Source: Patellaria atrata CBS 101060 (lineage: Eukaryota). From it: 64,000 nucleotides of DNA. Where the stretch lies: positions 124,001-188,000 of the forward strand of contig MU006090.1 of assembly GCA_010093705.1 (NCBI GenBank). Reading direction: 5' to 3'. Both the position numbers and the translations under genes were made by a program. Of this stretch, positions 9,718 to 22,349 are shown piece by piece; the stretch's first letter is position 1, and the number at the start of each line of letters is the position of its first letter. Under the pieces are notes generated by a model, which searched no databases, was not told where the DNA came from, and was given only the letters and a program-made list of their open reading frames with translations.

Positions 9718-12700
9718 TTATGCGTTTACCATTAGCATGTCAGCCTCGACATCTTCTCCTTCAGCATCGATGTCGTCATCCGGTTCACCTTCCGCGTCTG
9801 CGTCGGCCTCACCATCGGCATCCGTATCCGCATCACCATCAGCGTTCGCATCTCCATTAGCATCTTCATCGGCAACTTCTTTCTCTGCTGATTCGCCAAT
9901 TATTTTTCCCTTGCCGTTAGTTTTGGTCGGACTCTTCTCCTCATCCTTGATCTCCCCATTTTCTTTTGGAAAGTCAATACCATGGACAACTTCACCTAGC
10001 TTGCTTCTAGTACGTCGTACACTGGCGTTAGCTGTCGGAATAGGAATGGGACTGTCGTTCATGACACCGAGACCAAGATTACTGGTGGATCTTCTTAGCG
10101 GTGTAGACGTTTTGCGTCTGGTGCCAAATGGGCGTGTTGAAGGCCGCTTCTTTGCAGAGTTGCCAGGAATGGGCGGGAAGACCTCAAAGCGGAACGCGGG
10201 TATAGAAATTTGTGAAGGGAGTGCAGAGTAGCTGTTACCGTTTGGAGTTGATGGACCAGAATGATGGGCGGGATGTATTGGGATCGTGGACTTCGGATGT
10301 GAAGTTGACTTAACAAGAAGGTCTGTGTTCTTGATACCTAGCATTTCATCCGTTGGTGATGGTGTTGAGTCCGCATTTTGTGAACCCGATTGGTCTCCAT
10401 TTGTAGTTGCATTTTCTAGTTGCACGCCTTCTTCGGCGACAGCCTTAGGAGCTCCACAATCCTCGCCTTCGCCCTCCCGAGGAGCGATTGTCTGTAGAGC
10501 CATACCCTCTTCGTAATGGGATAAATTGTTCCGACCCATGACATATGGTACCCACACGAGAGCGTCGGGATTTATTTTTCGAATCTTCTTCTTCTCGTAA
10601 TCTGCAATATACTGCCGATAATACGGCAAGTCAAGACGTAGTGCATACGTTTTAGTAACTGGATCCCGAACTAGAGCACGTAAGCCTTCGAGACCAGATA
10701 CAATATCATCTGGAGTCATGCCAGTTTGTTCGGAGATCCGAGAAATGCTTATGGGATCTTTCTGGCCCACCAGTTGCTTACAAAGAATGAGACGCCAGTA
10801 ACTTCGATAAGAGACTAGGCCCATATCAGAAAGTGGTTTTTCTGGTGACCCGGTTTTCTTTTCTACTCTGGTAAGGAGATAGGAGAATTCAATGAGCATA
10901 TGGCCATAACCTTTGCGTTGGCTGATGGGCAGCACAAGGATACACGAGACGTTATTCAGTGAGCTCGGCCTCTTTTCTTTCGAAAAATAACCCAGGAAAT
11001 GACAGCCATACTCATCTCGCTCGGTCATAACATAGAATAAGAATGGTTCCACGTCGTAGTAGAGAGTTTTCGATCCAAGGAAGAGCTTCGCTAGGAGACA
11101 GAGATTCTGACAATATACCGGATTCTTTCGACCGTCGACTTCGAAAAAGGAGATCTCAGTATCACGATATATCTCATCGCCCGGCGGATGACGAGCAGGA
11201 CATTTTAGCTGGAGATAGGTTAGCAGAGAGAAGAAGGGACGAGAGTATCCTTGGTTCCTTTACCTTGTGCCTCCATGCGACATAGTCAGAGTTCATATAT
11301 TTTAGACAAAACTCGCAGATATAGAGAAGCTTATTCCGACTGTACTCTTCCGGATACGGCGCAGCATGCCATGTGTCAATCATCTTTTCACCAAATATTA
11401 TTGACTTGATCTTGCTAGGGTTGCCGGAGTGTTTGTTCGCTTTAGTGGTCTCCAGGACGCCATTCGCCAGGGTTGTTTTTTGTTTCCAGTCCTCTTCTGC
11501 CTTTAGACGAGCATCTTCGAATCGTTTTCGATCTATTGCCTGGGGAAATGTCTTTGATGTATCCGCATCTGCCTCGGAGAGAATACCACCATATGGTTTT
11601 GATTTGCTTTCATCATGTTCCCGGTCGTGAAACGCGTAGAACGGTATGAAATTAGTAGATTGTATGGCAGGGTAATGGGAGACCTCGGGTTCCATCTGCG
11701 CTACCTGTATTTTCCGAGATCGATCTCGTACCCTGAACGACTTCTTCTTCGGTCGCGAAGCCAAAATCTGGGCAAGTCTGGTTTTGTCCACTCGGAACGC
11801 CATAACCAAAACACCACCTTCAACATCGACTACCCGTGCCGGGGGATATTCAATTTTTTTGTTTCGTCTAGGGCGAGATGAACGGACTCGTGATGAGGCA
11901 TCCTGATCTGATAGTGAGTCACGTGCCCCGTCAGTGAAATGCTTCTCTGATGGAGCTATGTTAATTACAGATCCACGGCCACTGGTACGGTTTTCATCTT
12001 CGGATGCAGAACTAGATTCTTCTGAGGGCCTCCTTCTTTTCCTACTAGATCGTACAACCGGTCGTGGCTCGGCTTCGTCACTTGATGCCTTCCTCTTCCG
12101 CAAGGAACGCGAACCGTCCATAGGGTCATCGTCAAGAATAAGTTTGTTGAAGACAGAGTGGGAATCTGGTTTTATGACACCCCTATTCGCTGGAAGAAGA
12201 TCCCTAGCTATCTTAGGAGCAGACGATCTACGGTTTGACATGGAGCCATCAGATCGTCTTGTATCTTCTTCCAACCCATTCTTTACACAGTCAACGCATC
12301 GCCACCGTTCAGGATCTATCAGGTTCGAATTAGAACTAGTTTGTTCTGAAATATTGGTGTTAAGGGACCTTGAGGCCTTACCTTCTTCGGTGCTAAGTGA
12401 TTTAGCGTTGCGGGCACATTGCCGATGAGCTGCAGGAACAAAAAATAGTCAGCGAACCATGCACCTTGTCAATATAAATTCCGCAAACCCACCATTATCC
12501 CCACACACTGCGCAGGAAAGATATTCTTCAAAATCTTCACTAGGATCGTGTTCCTCGTCTTGGCCACAGAAACTGTATAAATTTAGCGTTTGCATCTCGC
12601 CGATATCTGAATGGAAATACATACATGCACCTGTTTGGGTCAGATATCTCTACTTCGGCCTCTCCACCAGCGTCACTCTCTCCCTCCCATTCATTCTCTG

Positions 12701-13067
12701 CATCTGATCCGGTTTCGCTACCATCAGAATCACCCCCACTATCGCTGTCTTTCGCATCTGAGGAGGAGTCAACCATTGCGTCTTCATCTCCGTCTTCCGA
12801 GCTAGTATCAGCATTAGCAATCTTGACAGCACCGACAGCTTCTGCGTTATGTTCCTCGTCTTCGTCTTCCTCATCTTCATCTTCTACCTCCTCCCCTTCG
12901 GCATCGACATCTGAACCAATGGACTCTGCTCCATTTATGTCCTGCTTTATTTCTGGAAGAAGCTCATCCAGGTCAAAGCCATCTTCCTCGTGTTCAGCAT
13001 CTATGTCGCTGTCCTCGGCGTGCTCATTTATGTTGTGACTTATAGGTCTGCTAGGCTCACTGGCCAT
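9718..13067 (-). CDS. SAS3: MYST-family histone acetyltransferase with N-terminal PHD-type finger (Sas3-like)
   Basis: MYST motifs TWHAAPYPEEY, LYICEFCLKY, FLGYFSKEK, NNVSCILVLP.SQRKGYG and GSPEKPLSDMG. Spliced Cys/His finger (C/IFCGQ...CAVCGDN/AHRQC...WRCVDC). Acidic N- and C-termini. The Sas3 rather than Esa1 assignment is inferred from the architecture. Confidence 0.85.
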
Positions 13068-13667
13068 AGCATAGGACACTACCGTCGCCAGTTTGGAGGT
13101 AAAGTACTCCAGCGTTGCTTGATGTATCCACTCTTGAGATTGTAGTTGTAGATTTGGCCAATGCAGGCCACTCAACCGTTTGTCATGTATGCCGAGGATC
13201 GTCGTTAAAAGATGAGAGGATTAGACGGAAACCACGTTGACAGGTCTTTTCTTCTTACACAAAGTTTTGAGGGTCGCACAATGTGTTAAAAGTGATTATG
13301 ATCCTTAGAGACGGACAGCGAAAAAGGGTTGAGTTTCGAGGGCGGCGTGGGATGGTTGTCGTCGCGATGAGTCCTACGCGGGAATACCGTCGATACCGGC
13401 GCGTCGTCGAAGATATTCACGATTTGATCGATCCTTTGGTATCCTCCGATACCGCTAAGCTATATGTGATTGTCTGTCAGTCCGTTGGTGAATTTAGATG
13501 CGTTGTTCTGTTCTACTATGAGATGGGAGGTCTCCTCGTTGCCAAGATGGAGGTCGAAGCGTTGCACCTCACTTCAACCACCCCCGATACACAGACCTCA
13601 ATGAAACGGCAACATATCCACCTCCTCCACACAATTCCCAGATAAACAGCGCCTCGAAGCGTCCACG

Positions 13668-14128
13668 ATGGGTGTACCTTTTGAGGCCTTGCTCCCTTAT
13701 GGAATCATTGTCGGCGTACGTTGATTACCTAGCCATGATCTTGATTAGACTGACCATCTTGCTCTGTTAGCTGTTCACATTCACTGGTGTGACTCTTGGT
13801 AAACTCAGACGCATGCAGAATGGAGGCAAGACGGCAAGACACTCGATTGATCAGTGGGATAGGGTGAATTTCATTCCCGTCTAAGCACTCGTACATGCTA
13901 ACACTTCATAGCAAAGTACGGACTAATCCGCTTAGAAACGGAAGACATATATTAACATTAACCAGTGATGGACCGCGACCGAAGAATAACTGGATATCTA
14001 AGAGGACAATCGGACAGACCTGAGGCACCACCAGGGTTTGAGGTCAACAGTCCATGGAGAGTACGTGCCCTCGAATTCTACAACAATTACGAACTGACAA
14101 TGTGCAGTTAGAGAAACGCTTTACATAG
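13668..14128 (+). CDS. NDUFA1: NADH:ubiquinone oxidoreductase MWFE subunit (5 exons, including a 4-nt microexon)
   Basis: Manual splicing gives MGVPFEALLPYGIIVG/LFTFTGVTLGKLRRMQNGGKTARHSIDQWDR/Q-M/MDRDRRITGYLRGQSDRPEAPPGFEVNSPWR/LEKRFT*. All four introns are GT-AG. Not in the ORF track. Confidence 0.9.
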
Positions 14129-14162
14129 ACTTTGCGAGCAATTGAAATCCGGATGCTCTATT

Positions 14163-15071
14163 TCAGCTCTTAATTTCTGTTGCTAATCCAGTAATTTCTG
14201 ATTGAGTGAACTCGATATCAAAATGGTGTCTCAGAACTTTGATTCACCGTTCTTCTGAGCCTAACTGTTCCTCCTTCTCCAACTCCCCATTTCTCTTCCC
14301 ATATGATCTCATCATCCATTACTGTCACTATTTTGGTAATCTTTGCATTTTCATTCATAATAAACATCATGCAGATGACATATTGAGTGAGGAAGCTACT
14401 TGAATGGGTGCTGGTGCTGTAGTTCATCATTTCATAGCCTCTGCTCCATAACTCAGTCTCCGTGAAGCATTATTGTTCAAAGAAATCTTTAATTTTCTCG
14501 CGGAATTGCGATGCCCATAGCCTCTGGCTTGGATCGGTAAGCACGTTGATATCCTTAGAAACAATACGACCTGTGGCAGGGATTCCGGTAGATTTGTAGT
14601 TGTAATCATGAATAACGGGAAAGGGGTTTGTCAGGTTGTTCATGCCGAAACCAACATCGATCAAGTATCTGGTGGTATGTACTTTAACCGTTTACCATAT
14701 GGCTCATATTCAATGCCAGAGTGGCTCCGTCCTTCGATTTTTGAAACAGACATACCAGCCAGTGTCCTCTTTCTGGTCAACTCGTGCACTGGGCATGGTA
14801 TACAGTGTATTTCAATGACTTCAGCAACAGATAGAAGAGGATGTTGTTGTCCATGCAATAATCGCCTCTTCCTTTGGTGTCAACAATTTTATCGAACAGA
14901 GAGCTAAGGTCAAGGCTGATAACTTAGTCGGAGTCATAGGATATCGCAGCGCAGTCGATGTGTCTACTTTGGAAACCTGGAATACCCTCTCGTTAGGTGG
15001 GAGATTGAGCCTGTCGAAGTACCGCTCTATTTGCTATTTTGATAGAGTGCTTTTTTTTTTGGGGTGACCAT
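14163..15071 (-). pseudogene. Arylamine N-acetyltransferase pseudogene
   Basis: Fragments across frames in collinear order: QIERYFDRLNLP, ISLDLSSLFDKIV..GRGDYCMDNN, SHMVN, RYLIDVGFG, TDPSQRLW, CFTETE...MMNYSTST, IKVLRHHFDIEF. In-frame stops at 15034-15036, 14924-14926, 14470-14472 and 14244-14246, plus frameshifts. Confidence 0.85.
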
Positions 15072-15745
15072 CTCATATCAAGGCAGTTCTACGTACGGAG
15101 TAAGGATAATAGGATATACACAGTCTCCAACCTTCAAGCATGCAGATGGACCAAGAATTATATACTATTCTATTCCGAGGAGATATATCAAAAAACTATG
15201 TTTCACCCAATTCTTCTTACTATTAAGTGTCTGAAATATTAGGAGCGCCAGTAATTGTACGTTAACCCGAAACGCTTATTAGAATTCTAGCAAAAGGGAG
15301 TGTCAACGCTACGAGTATGGTATGCGAAAGAGAGAGTCCCAGGAAGGGTTAAAGAAGGTACTAGATCTCATACTGTAGATAATGCCAATAATTAATAGAC
15401 TATCAAATACCTTAGAAGAGGGGAGTCGACGGGAGGCGCTGTGGAGGTGAAGTGTGGCTTGAGATTCCCCTAGCACGATCCCCCTTGTCTCATACCATCA
15501 CATTCTCACGACATTCCATTCGTTTATTTGCACTTTTGCGACTGAAAGTCACCGACCTGTACATACCTCTGACTGAAGATGAGGGGGTTGTACATCGAAG
15601 GGATTATCCTGTGATACTTCAGGTTTACTCTTGTACTGACTTCTTACGCATATTGTGCTACTCTTCTCCTATAAATATCCTTTGATAGCCCAAGCGTTTA
15701 AACCGAGATTCACCGACCGGCCGCATTTCCTAAGCACAAGGATTC

Positions 15746-18701
15746 ATGATGCAGAATAACGGCTCTGGGACTTCATACTATGCGAATGGGAATAATATAG
15801 GAGCCCACCAACAATACTTCGGTTTTCCATCCCCGAGCTCGAATTATGGTGCTTCCCCCCGATTCGGCGGATCACAAGCTCCAAGCTCACGGTACGCAAG
15901 CGGAACCTACGAACCCCCTACTAGCAGTCCTCTCCAACTTTATAAGGATGTGCGAAGCAATACGGCAGCGGCGGCGCGTCGTAGTGATGGCGAGCAGAGT
16001 TCTGCACTTAGCACAGTGAATGACCCCGTTACAATGCACTTGTTGGTGGAAACTGCGATAGGAGATAGTCAAAACTATGAGATCCTTTCGTTCGAAGAGC
16101 TTGATGTGCTCAAAAAAGAGGAATCTTCCCTTAGATCGCGCATAGAGGGGACGACGCGGAAATTTATGATGGAGATGAAGGTTCGCGATGCGGCGGCCTC
16201 ACTGAACAGATTATACTTGAAGAAGAATGCTGGGGGGCTTTCGGGGACATTCGGTGGGGATTCTGGAAGTAGGTCAAGCAATGGAAGCGTGAAGGGTGAA
16301 TCGTTGGCACAAAGTGAGGAGGAACTCGTAGCGAGCAAGAAGAAATGTGAAGATCTATCCACAGAACTAGCGCAACTGCGGAGTCGACACTCATTTGTAC
16401 AGACCCGGTTACTTAAACATACTGCTGGAATTCTGCAAATGACTCACAAAGGACCTTCAAAAAGCAAACAGCAATCTTCTTTGCCGGGGGACATGACCAA
16501 CGGAGTACGCCCTGACAGCCCTGCAAGCATTCATACCTACGAGAATGGACGCCGAGAAGTATTATCTACGGACGACTCCTTTGACGATCGAAGCTTGTAT
16601 AGGCCACATGATAACTTAGAGGGACTGATGGACCCATTCAAAGGTAGCAATTCGGATGGTTATCCAAGCGAGAACGTGAGCGCTGAAAAAAGAGATCTGG
16701 CACTGCAAGCCATAGAGGAGCGTCTGGAAGAGCTCAACCATAAATTAAAGGATTTAATTGTTTTAGCAAATCCTCAACGGAAGCATTCATACACGGAGGC
16801 TCCAAAAGCTGAGAATCAAGGGTCAGATAGGGAAGCTAGGGTGGACGCTCAACTTGGCTATCTCGCACAAGGTTTGAATGACGCGATTACAGAGCAAGGA
16901 GTTCTTCATCAAAAAGGGAAACATGCTCAGAACGAAATTGAGGGTAGGTTGGAAGGGTTAAATACGTATCTCTATAACTTGTTGCGATCGTCACAAATCG
17001 GCTCTGAGGAGGAGCATCCTGCTCCACCAGCGATATCTGGACAAGGACCGCAAGAACAGATACATTACATGCAAGATACTTTTTATGGTATCGAGCAGCT
17101 CAATCAGTCAATGAACCGGGCCCGCGATTCTCTTGATGCGAAAGTATCAGAAGTAGAAATGGCTTTGCAAGAGTCACTGTCAAAGCAATCTGAACTTGAG
17201 ATAGCTCTTGAAGAGTCTCGTTCCCTTTCGAGTGAGCATCAGGACAAATACTCTCACTACGAAGCAGTGCTTACTGGTCTCTGGTCTATTATGCTAGCAG
17301 GAGAAGAAGAAGCGCGGGAAAAAAAAATGCAACGGCGTCAACAGATGGGTACCGATCCCAGTATTGAAGAAGAGCTATCTCCCGACGAAGACTTCGATCA
17401 TAATCAGCAATTCTCTATCCAAGCATTCTCCGAGAGATTTCAACGTCTCTTTACCACACATTCACATTTTAAAGAAAAGCACTCTATTCTCCGCCGGCAG
17501 GTCAAGCAGCAACGCGATCTCAATGTTCAGCACGAAGAGGATAACGAAGCCCAGAGACAACAGTACGAGGCGCAGCTCCAAGCACTAAACGCTGAAATCG
17601 TTCAGTCTAACACGCAGCTCGAGCGCCTAACTCTATTGCTCGAAGATGCTGACAGAGTTCGGTCCAACGTATCTAAAGCATCTGAAGAGCTTATGACAGA
17701 GCGAGAAGCGAGACGTACAGCTGAAGAGCAAAGGAACCACTGGGCAGACCAAAATGAGCTCTCAGAACAAGGTCGTAAGGCCGCTGAAGAGACTATTGCA
17801 GAGCTAGAAGCGCACCTCGCCGACATGCAAGACGACATTAAAATCACAACCGCCGAAACCCAAGCTCAACTCAACGAAGCCGACGAGAAAATGAAAACTC
17901 TCACTTCTACACTCGAGGCTGTCCGCATCGAAAAAGCTACAGCAGAAAGGACCCTCAATGACCTTTCACAGAGGCTCGCACAAAAGGATGAAGAATACGC
18001 CAATATTGAAACTGAACGCACACGCCTCGAAGCTGACGTCGTACGTCTCACGACTGATCTCACTATCGCCCGAGCCGAACTCGACGGCGCATACGGCTCG
18101 CGTGCTCAGCGCGCCGCGGATGTCGCTGGCAATCCTTCCGTGAAGAAAGAGCTCGATGACCTGACTGCGCGGAACGATATCCTCGCCTCCGAGACTGAGG
18201 CACTACGTGCCCGCGTAACCGCATCAGAAGAAAAAGAAGCAGCACTCAAGCGTGAACTCACCGAGACCCTGGCAGAGTTCGAGGAGCTGACGCGAGCGAG
18301 TGTGGAAAGCGAGCAGGAGAGAGAGGCGCTAGAACGAGTTGTCGATGGACTAAGGGAGAAGGTCGAAGGGTTAGAGGTCCAGTTGGGCGACGAGAAGGTC
18401 AGATGGTTAGGGATGAAAAGTCCAGGTGCTAGTCCCGGTCAACCTGGTGGTGGAGAGACGACAAGTATGATGGTGTTGAGAAATGAGTTCAAGAAGATGA
18501 TGAGGGAGACGAGGGCGGAGGGTTCGAAAGCACTGAGGGTGGGTTTCGTTTCTACTTCCTTTTTCGGATGCGTGAAGCTAATTTTTTCGTTCTCAGGCTG
18601 AGCAAGAAGAGAGACGGAAACTTGAGGCACTTATCAGACAGATGAGACGGGAGCAGACACCAACGAAGTCGAGACTTGGGCAGAGCATGACCGCTTCGTA
18701 A
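15746..18701 (+). CDS. Large coiled-coil protein with an Up-regulated During Septation (Uds1)-like domain
   Basis: 951-aa ORF containing YEILSFEELDVLKKE...KVRDAAASLNRL...RLLKHTAGILQ and long heptad-rich stretches. Terminal intron 18539-18596, then AEQEERRKLEALIR...*. Confidence 0.8.
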
Positions 18702-19330
18702 AATTCCATGAAATTATCATACGTCGGTGTTTTTTTATGATGGGGTCTAGTGGAGTTTCAATGGAATCATAACGATCTGTGGGTATCACTATCGTGACTT
18801 TTATTTTCGGATGAAGCGTCTGGGCATTGCATTTAATGTACATGGACGAATAATGGGGTCGAAAAGGGAAAATCAGATATATGGGGTCGTATACTGACAG
18901 GATGTGAGAGATCCGTGTTTGTACGGTACGGTATGGGTTGGTAAATAGTACGATAATACGGTAAATACCATTTTACATGATTGAATGGGAGATTCTTCCA
19001 TTCATTTACGCTAGCCTCCCAAACATTTTCCAGAACCTCCATAAAACTATACACATGCTTCTACATCGCCACAGATGTACTGTACTGTACTGTACGACGT
19101 ACAACGATGCAAAAATACCTGACGCCGCGATTCCCCAGTACTAGTTCCCAGCGCGTCGCCGTACAACAAAATCGCGTCTAAACACCGCGTCACGCAAACG
19201 CGCTGTGAATTCTCTAAGTCTAGTCCACCTGAACCAACCATTTCAACGCCACGAATATGCTGAAGGTATATGACAAAATATCTGCACCTACGCCCTAGAT
19301 GGGCCATCCAAGAAGACCTGGTCCTATTAC

Positions 19331-21542
19331 TCACCTACTTCCCGGGCGTGCTTTCTTTCCTTCCTTCTTTGCTTCGAACGCTGGGGCACAGTTGCGACAA
19401 TACCATTTCTCTGCTCTCGGTTAGCCTCCACCTATAGAACAAACTTACATAGGAAGATAGTGACATACCTTTCGAACTTGGTGGTTTCTGCAATTTTGCA
19501 CAGGATAAATGAAACCACTCTCTCGAGCAATTCTCGTTATCGCACGCTATCATCTCGCCGTAACTGACCCCGTTGCAATAACAATATCTCGGTTCATCGC
19601 CATCCTCGTCGACTTCTTCTTCAATCGCAGCATCCGATCCTTCGGCGCCGCTGTGTCCATCCTCTTCGAGCTCCTGAGCCGCTTTCTGAGCCGCCTGTGC
19701 CGCGAGCCCAGCACCTTTCTTATGCGAGCGCTTCTGCGTTATTGTTGCTGTAGCCACCGTGCTGGTGGGTGCTACGGGTTGCGAATCCGAGACTGAGGAG
19801 GCGTGGCTGCTGTTGTTGTTCGCATTGCGGGTGCTACGGGAACGCTGAAGAGGGATATCGGGGAAAGCGGAAGTGATCGGGGTTGCTGTTTTCGACGTAC
19901 GACCCGCGCGGGTCGTAACAGGAGGCGCGGTGGCCATTTGCGGGTAGGCGTCGTCAAAGTTTTGATCTGCATTATCCTCCCTTTTGAGAGTACTGGTTTC
20001 CTGGATGGTGGGTACGTCACGGAGAGTGTCTTGTGAGGGCGTTACGTCTGGTGCAGGGCCTAATCGCGGTGTTACTTGTGCGGAACGGAGCCCTTGACCG
20101 CCCATCCCTGCTATTTGTTCCATTTGCTCGTATACAGATGTGCCGTTGAGGGGCCGGTTCGAGGCGGAAGACGAGGGCCGTACGCGACTTGCATCCTGAG
20201 CAGCAGAGATAATGGAGTTGGTCGCAGAGTTCTGTCTGACTCTAGAAGATTGTGGGCGTTGAGAGGCATCACGAGAGGGTCCGAAAGAGCCCACGAGAGG
20301 TGAGGATGCGACGGGAGGTGAATTGGCTCCCCCAGCAGGGAGTTTCTTTTTCGGCAGTGAAGGAGTCGAAGCAGGTGCCTTCTTCTTTCTTGTTGACTCG
20401 GTGGCCAGAGTTTCCCTTGGGCTCCCAGCATTTGTGCGCCCTGCTTGAGCCATTGCCCCACTCATCGAACGCTCCATTGGGGGGGGAATGGCCTTTTCCT
20501 TCTCCGTCTTGCGTTTCTTACTAACATGCGAAGTCCCATTTGTTATTCCCAACCCCTGTATCTTCCCTTCAGGCGCAATATTTGTCTCTACAGGCTTTCG
20601 TGGTCTCGGCTGGACCTTCTTAGGCGGTGGTCGATCGTCGAAATCAGAATCGAGGTGTTGATTCCTATGTCTTTTATTCGCCAGCATTGCTTCACGGCGT
20701 GCTTCGCTTCTTGTCGCCGCAATGTCGCCCTCGTGCACCGCCATTGCTGCCGCCGCTAGGTTATTCGCCGATGCTACTTCTCGCCGGGAGCGGTCGTTCG
20801 TAGGTGGAAGAACTTTCTTCGACTCTTTGTCGGTGTACGCCCAATGCGTCGAGCTACCCAATCGTGCCTCTTCAGTAAACTCAAGTTCCATGTAAGGCCA
20901 CGAGCTGTCCATCCGAGCTGTCTGCTTCTTAAGTGCAAGATCTGCTTGGTCATAGATCGCAATCTTTTCCGGGATAACATGCAGAATCTCACTAATGGCT
21001 CTGTGAACCTCTGCGAACAGTGCTACTCTTGCGTTCACGGCGCTCTGAGCTTGCTGTTCTGGCTGTCCTGCTGCGTCGAGAACATCGACCGCCTGATTAT
21101 GGTGCATTGGCGTCGCGCCATTGACCGACCCATTATAACTGACGTTCGCGCTGTTCGCTGCGGTCGAACCAGGGAAGGGGTTTTGTGCTGAGTATGTCTG
21201 CCCTTGCACTGGTGTGGGTAGGCAGTTGATCTTGTCGAGAGCAAGCTTGAGCCGCTCGTCGGGATCATGGAGTTTCGCCTCTACTTCTTTCATCATCGAG
21301 AAATGCTTCATAACTTCTCGCGGAAGTGCGGCTAGGCAATCGGTGAAGTGCTGGGTCGCCGGGAAGAAACCTGGAGCGGCGTTGTTACTGGTGCCCTGCT
21401 CCAAAGTGTGTCCCCGGCTAGTGAAAGGTCTCGCATAGTAGTTCAACGGTCTAGAGACACTCGTGCGCACCTGGCGCGTCGACTGACGTCTATTCGGAGC
21501 TGGGGTTGCCATGACTGTCTCGACGGCGGTGGAAGACCTCAT
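19331..21542 (-). CDS. ING-family PHD-finger chromatin protein (Pho23/Yng-like)
   Basis: N-terminal ING domain (HFTDCLAALPREVMKHFSMMKEVE). C-terminal PHD finger EPRYCYCNGVSYGEMIACDNENCSREWFHLSC, completed after an intron by KWYCRNC. Confidence 0.9.
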
Positions 21543-22349
21543 AACACGGGAAAAGGTGCGGAGGCGTGTAGGAGGAGCTCAAGGGTCGGCCGCGGTAGAA
21601 TTCGTAAGTGAGAAACAGTACGAGTACCAGGCAAACGAGAGAACTAGAGTTCTGATAGCATGGCGATCCGAGTAGAGTCTTTCAGAAGAAGTTTGGAGTG
21701 GTGTTGACCATGTAAAAGTGGGAGAGGAGAAGAGCGCGAGTTTAGCTACGCACCTCAGCAGAGCCAACCACTCGTTCCATTTCGACCCTAAAGGGACGAA
21801 AATGTCACTGTTTGCCGAGTTTATGATGTTTGCCCTGTTTGCAGTTTTCTTTCCGTCCAATTTGAAGCCGACCGAAGGTGACATCATGTGAAACCTTTCC
21901 GTTTCTGGACTAGGACAAAATACCTTTAACATTACCCCGAGCTTGCGACCAGATTCTGATGCGTCGGGTCTACTATACCTGAGTTGTAAACGCAGATAGA
22001 TCTCCATTGGTGCCTTAGGTATACTGATAGTCATGATACTTTAGAGAATTACTAATCACTACAGATGTTCTCTAGGTATTGACAGCTAACGCGCAGCTCC
22101 GTGTTTATAACATCCCATCCTCCTCTTTATATTTCTATGACTCAACTGCACCATCTTTCTTGTATGCATTATCACATATCGAATATCAAGCTCTTCCAGT
22201 CGCAGACTTAGGAACGTTCAGTATTTCGCTATCTCTATAAATTTATCCTCTTTACTCGGAAACTTCATAACAGTCGTGTCTCATAGTCCAATAAAGTATT
22301 CCTTCCCTCCAAACGCTTGCCGTGCCATACTCATTTCTTATATATTATT

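Noticed and set aside
9737..13038. Ser/Ala-rich plus-strand ORFs (9737-10231, 11934-12428, 12625-13038)
   Set aside because: These are antisense shadows of the acidic, low-complexity regions of the MYST gene.
9718..21542. MYST acetyltransferase and ING protein lying close together, as a possible NuA3-type cluster
   Set aside because: They are separated by unrelated genes, and the ING subtype cannot be assigned from sequence alone. Proximity is plausibly coincidental.
21579..22034. 151-aa minus-strand ORF upstream of the ING gene
   Set aside because: It has no recognisable motifs and overlaps the likely promoter/5' UTR.
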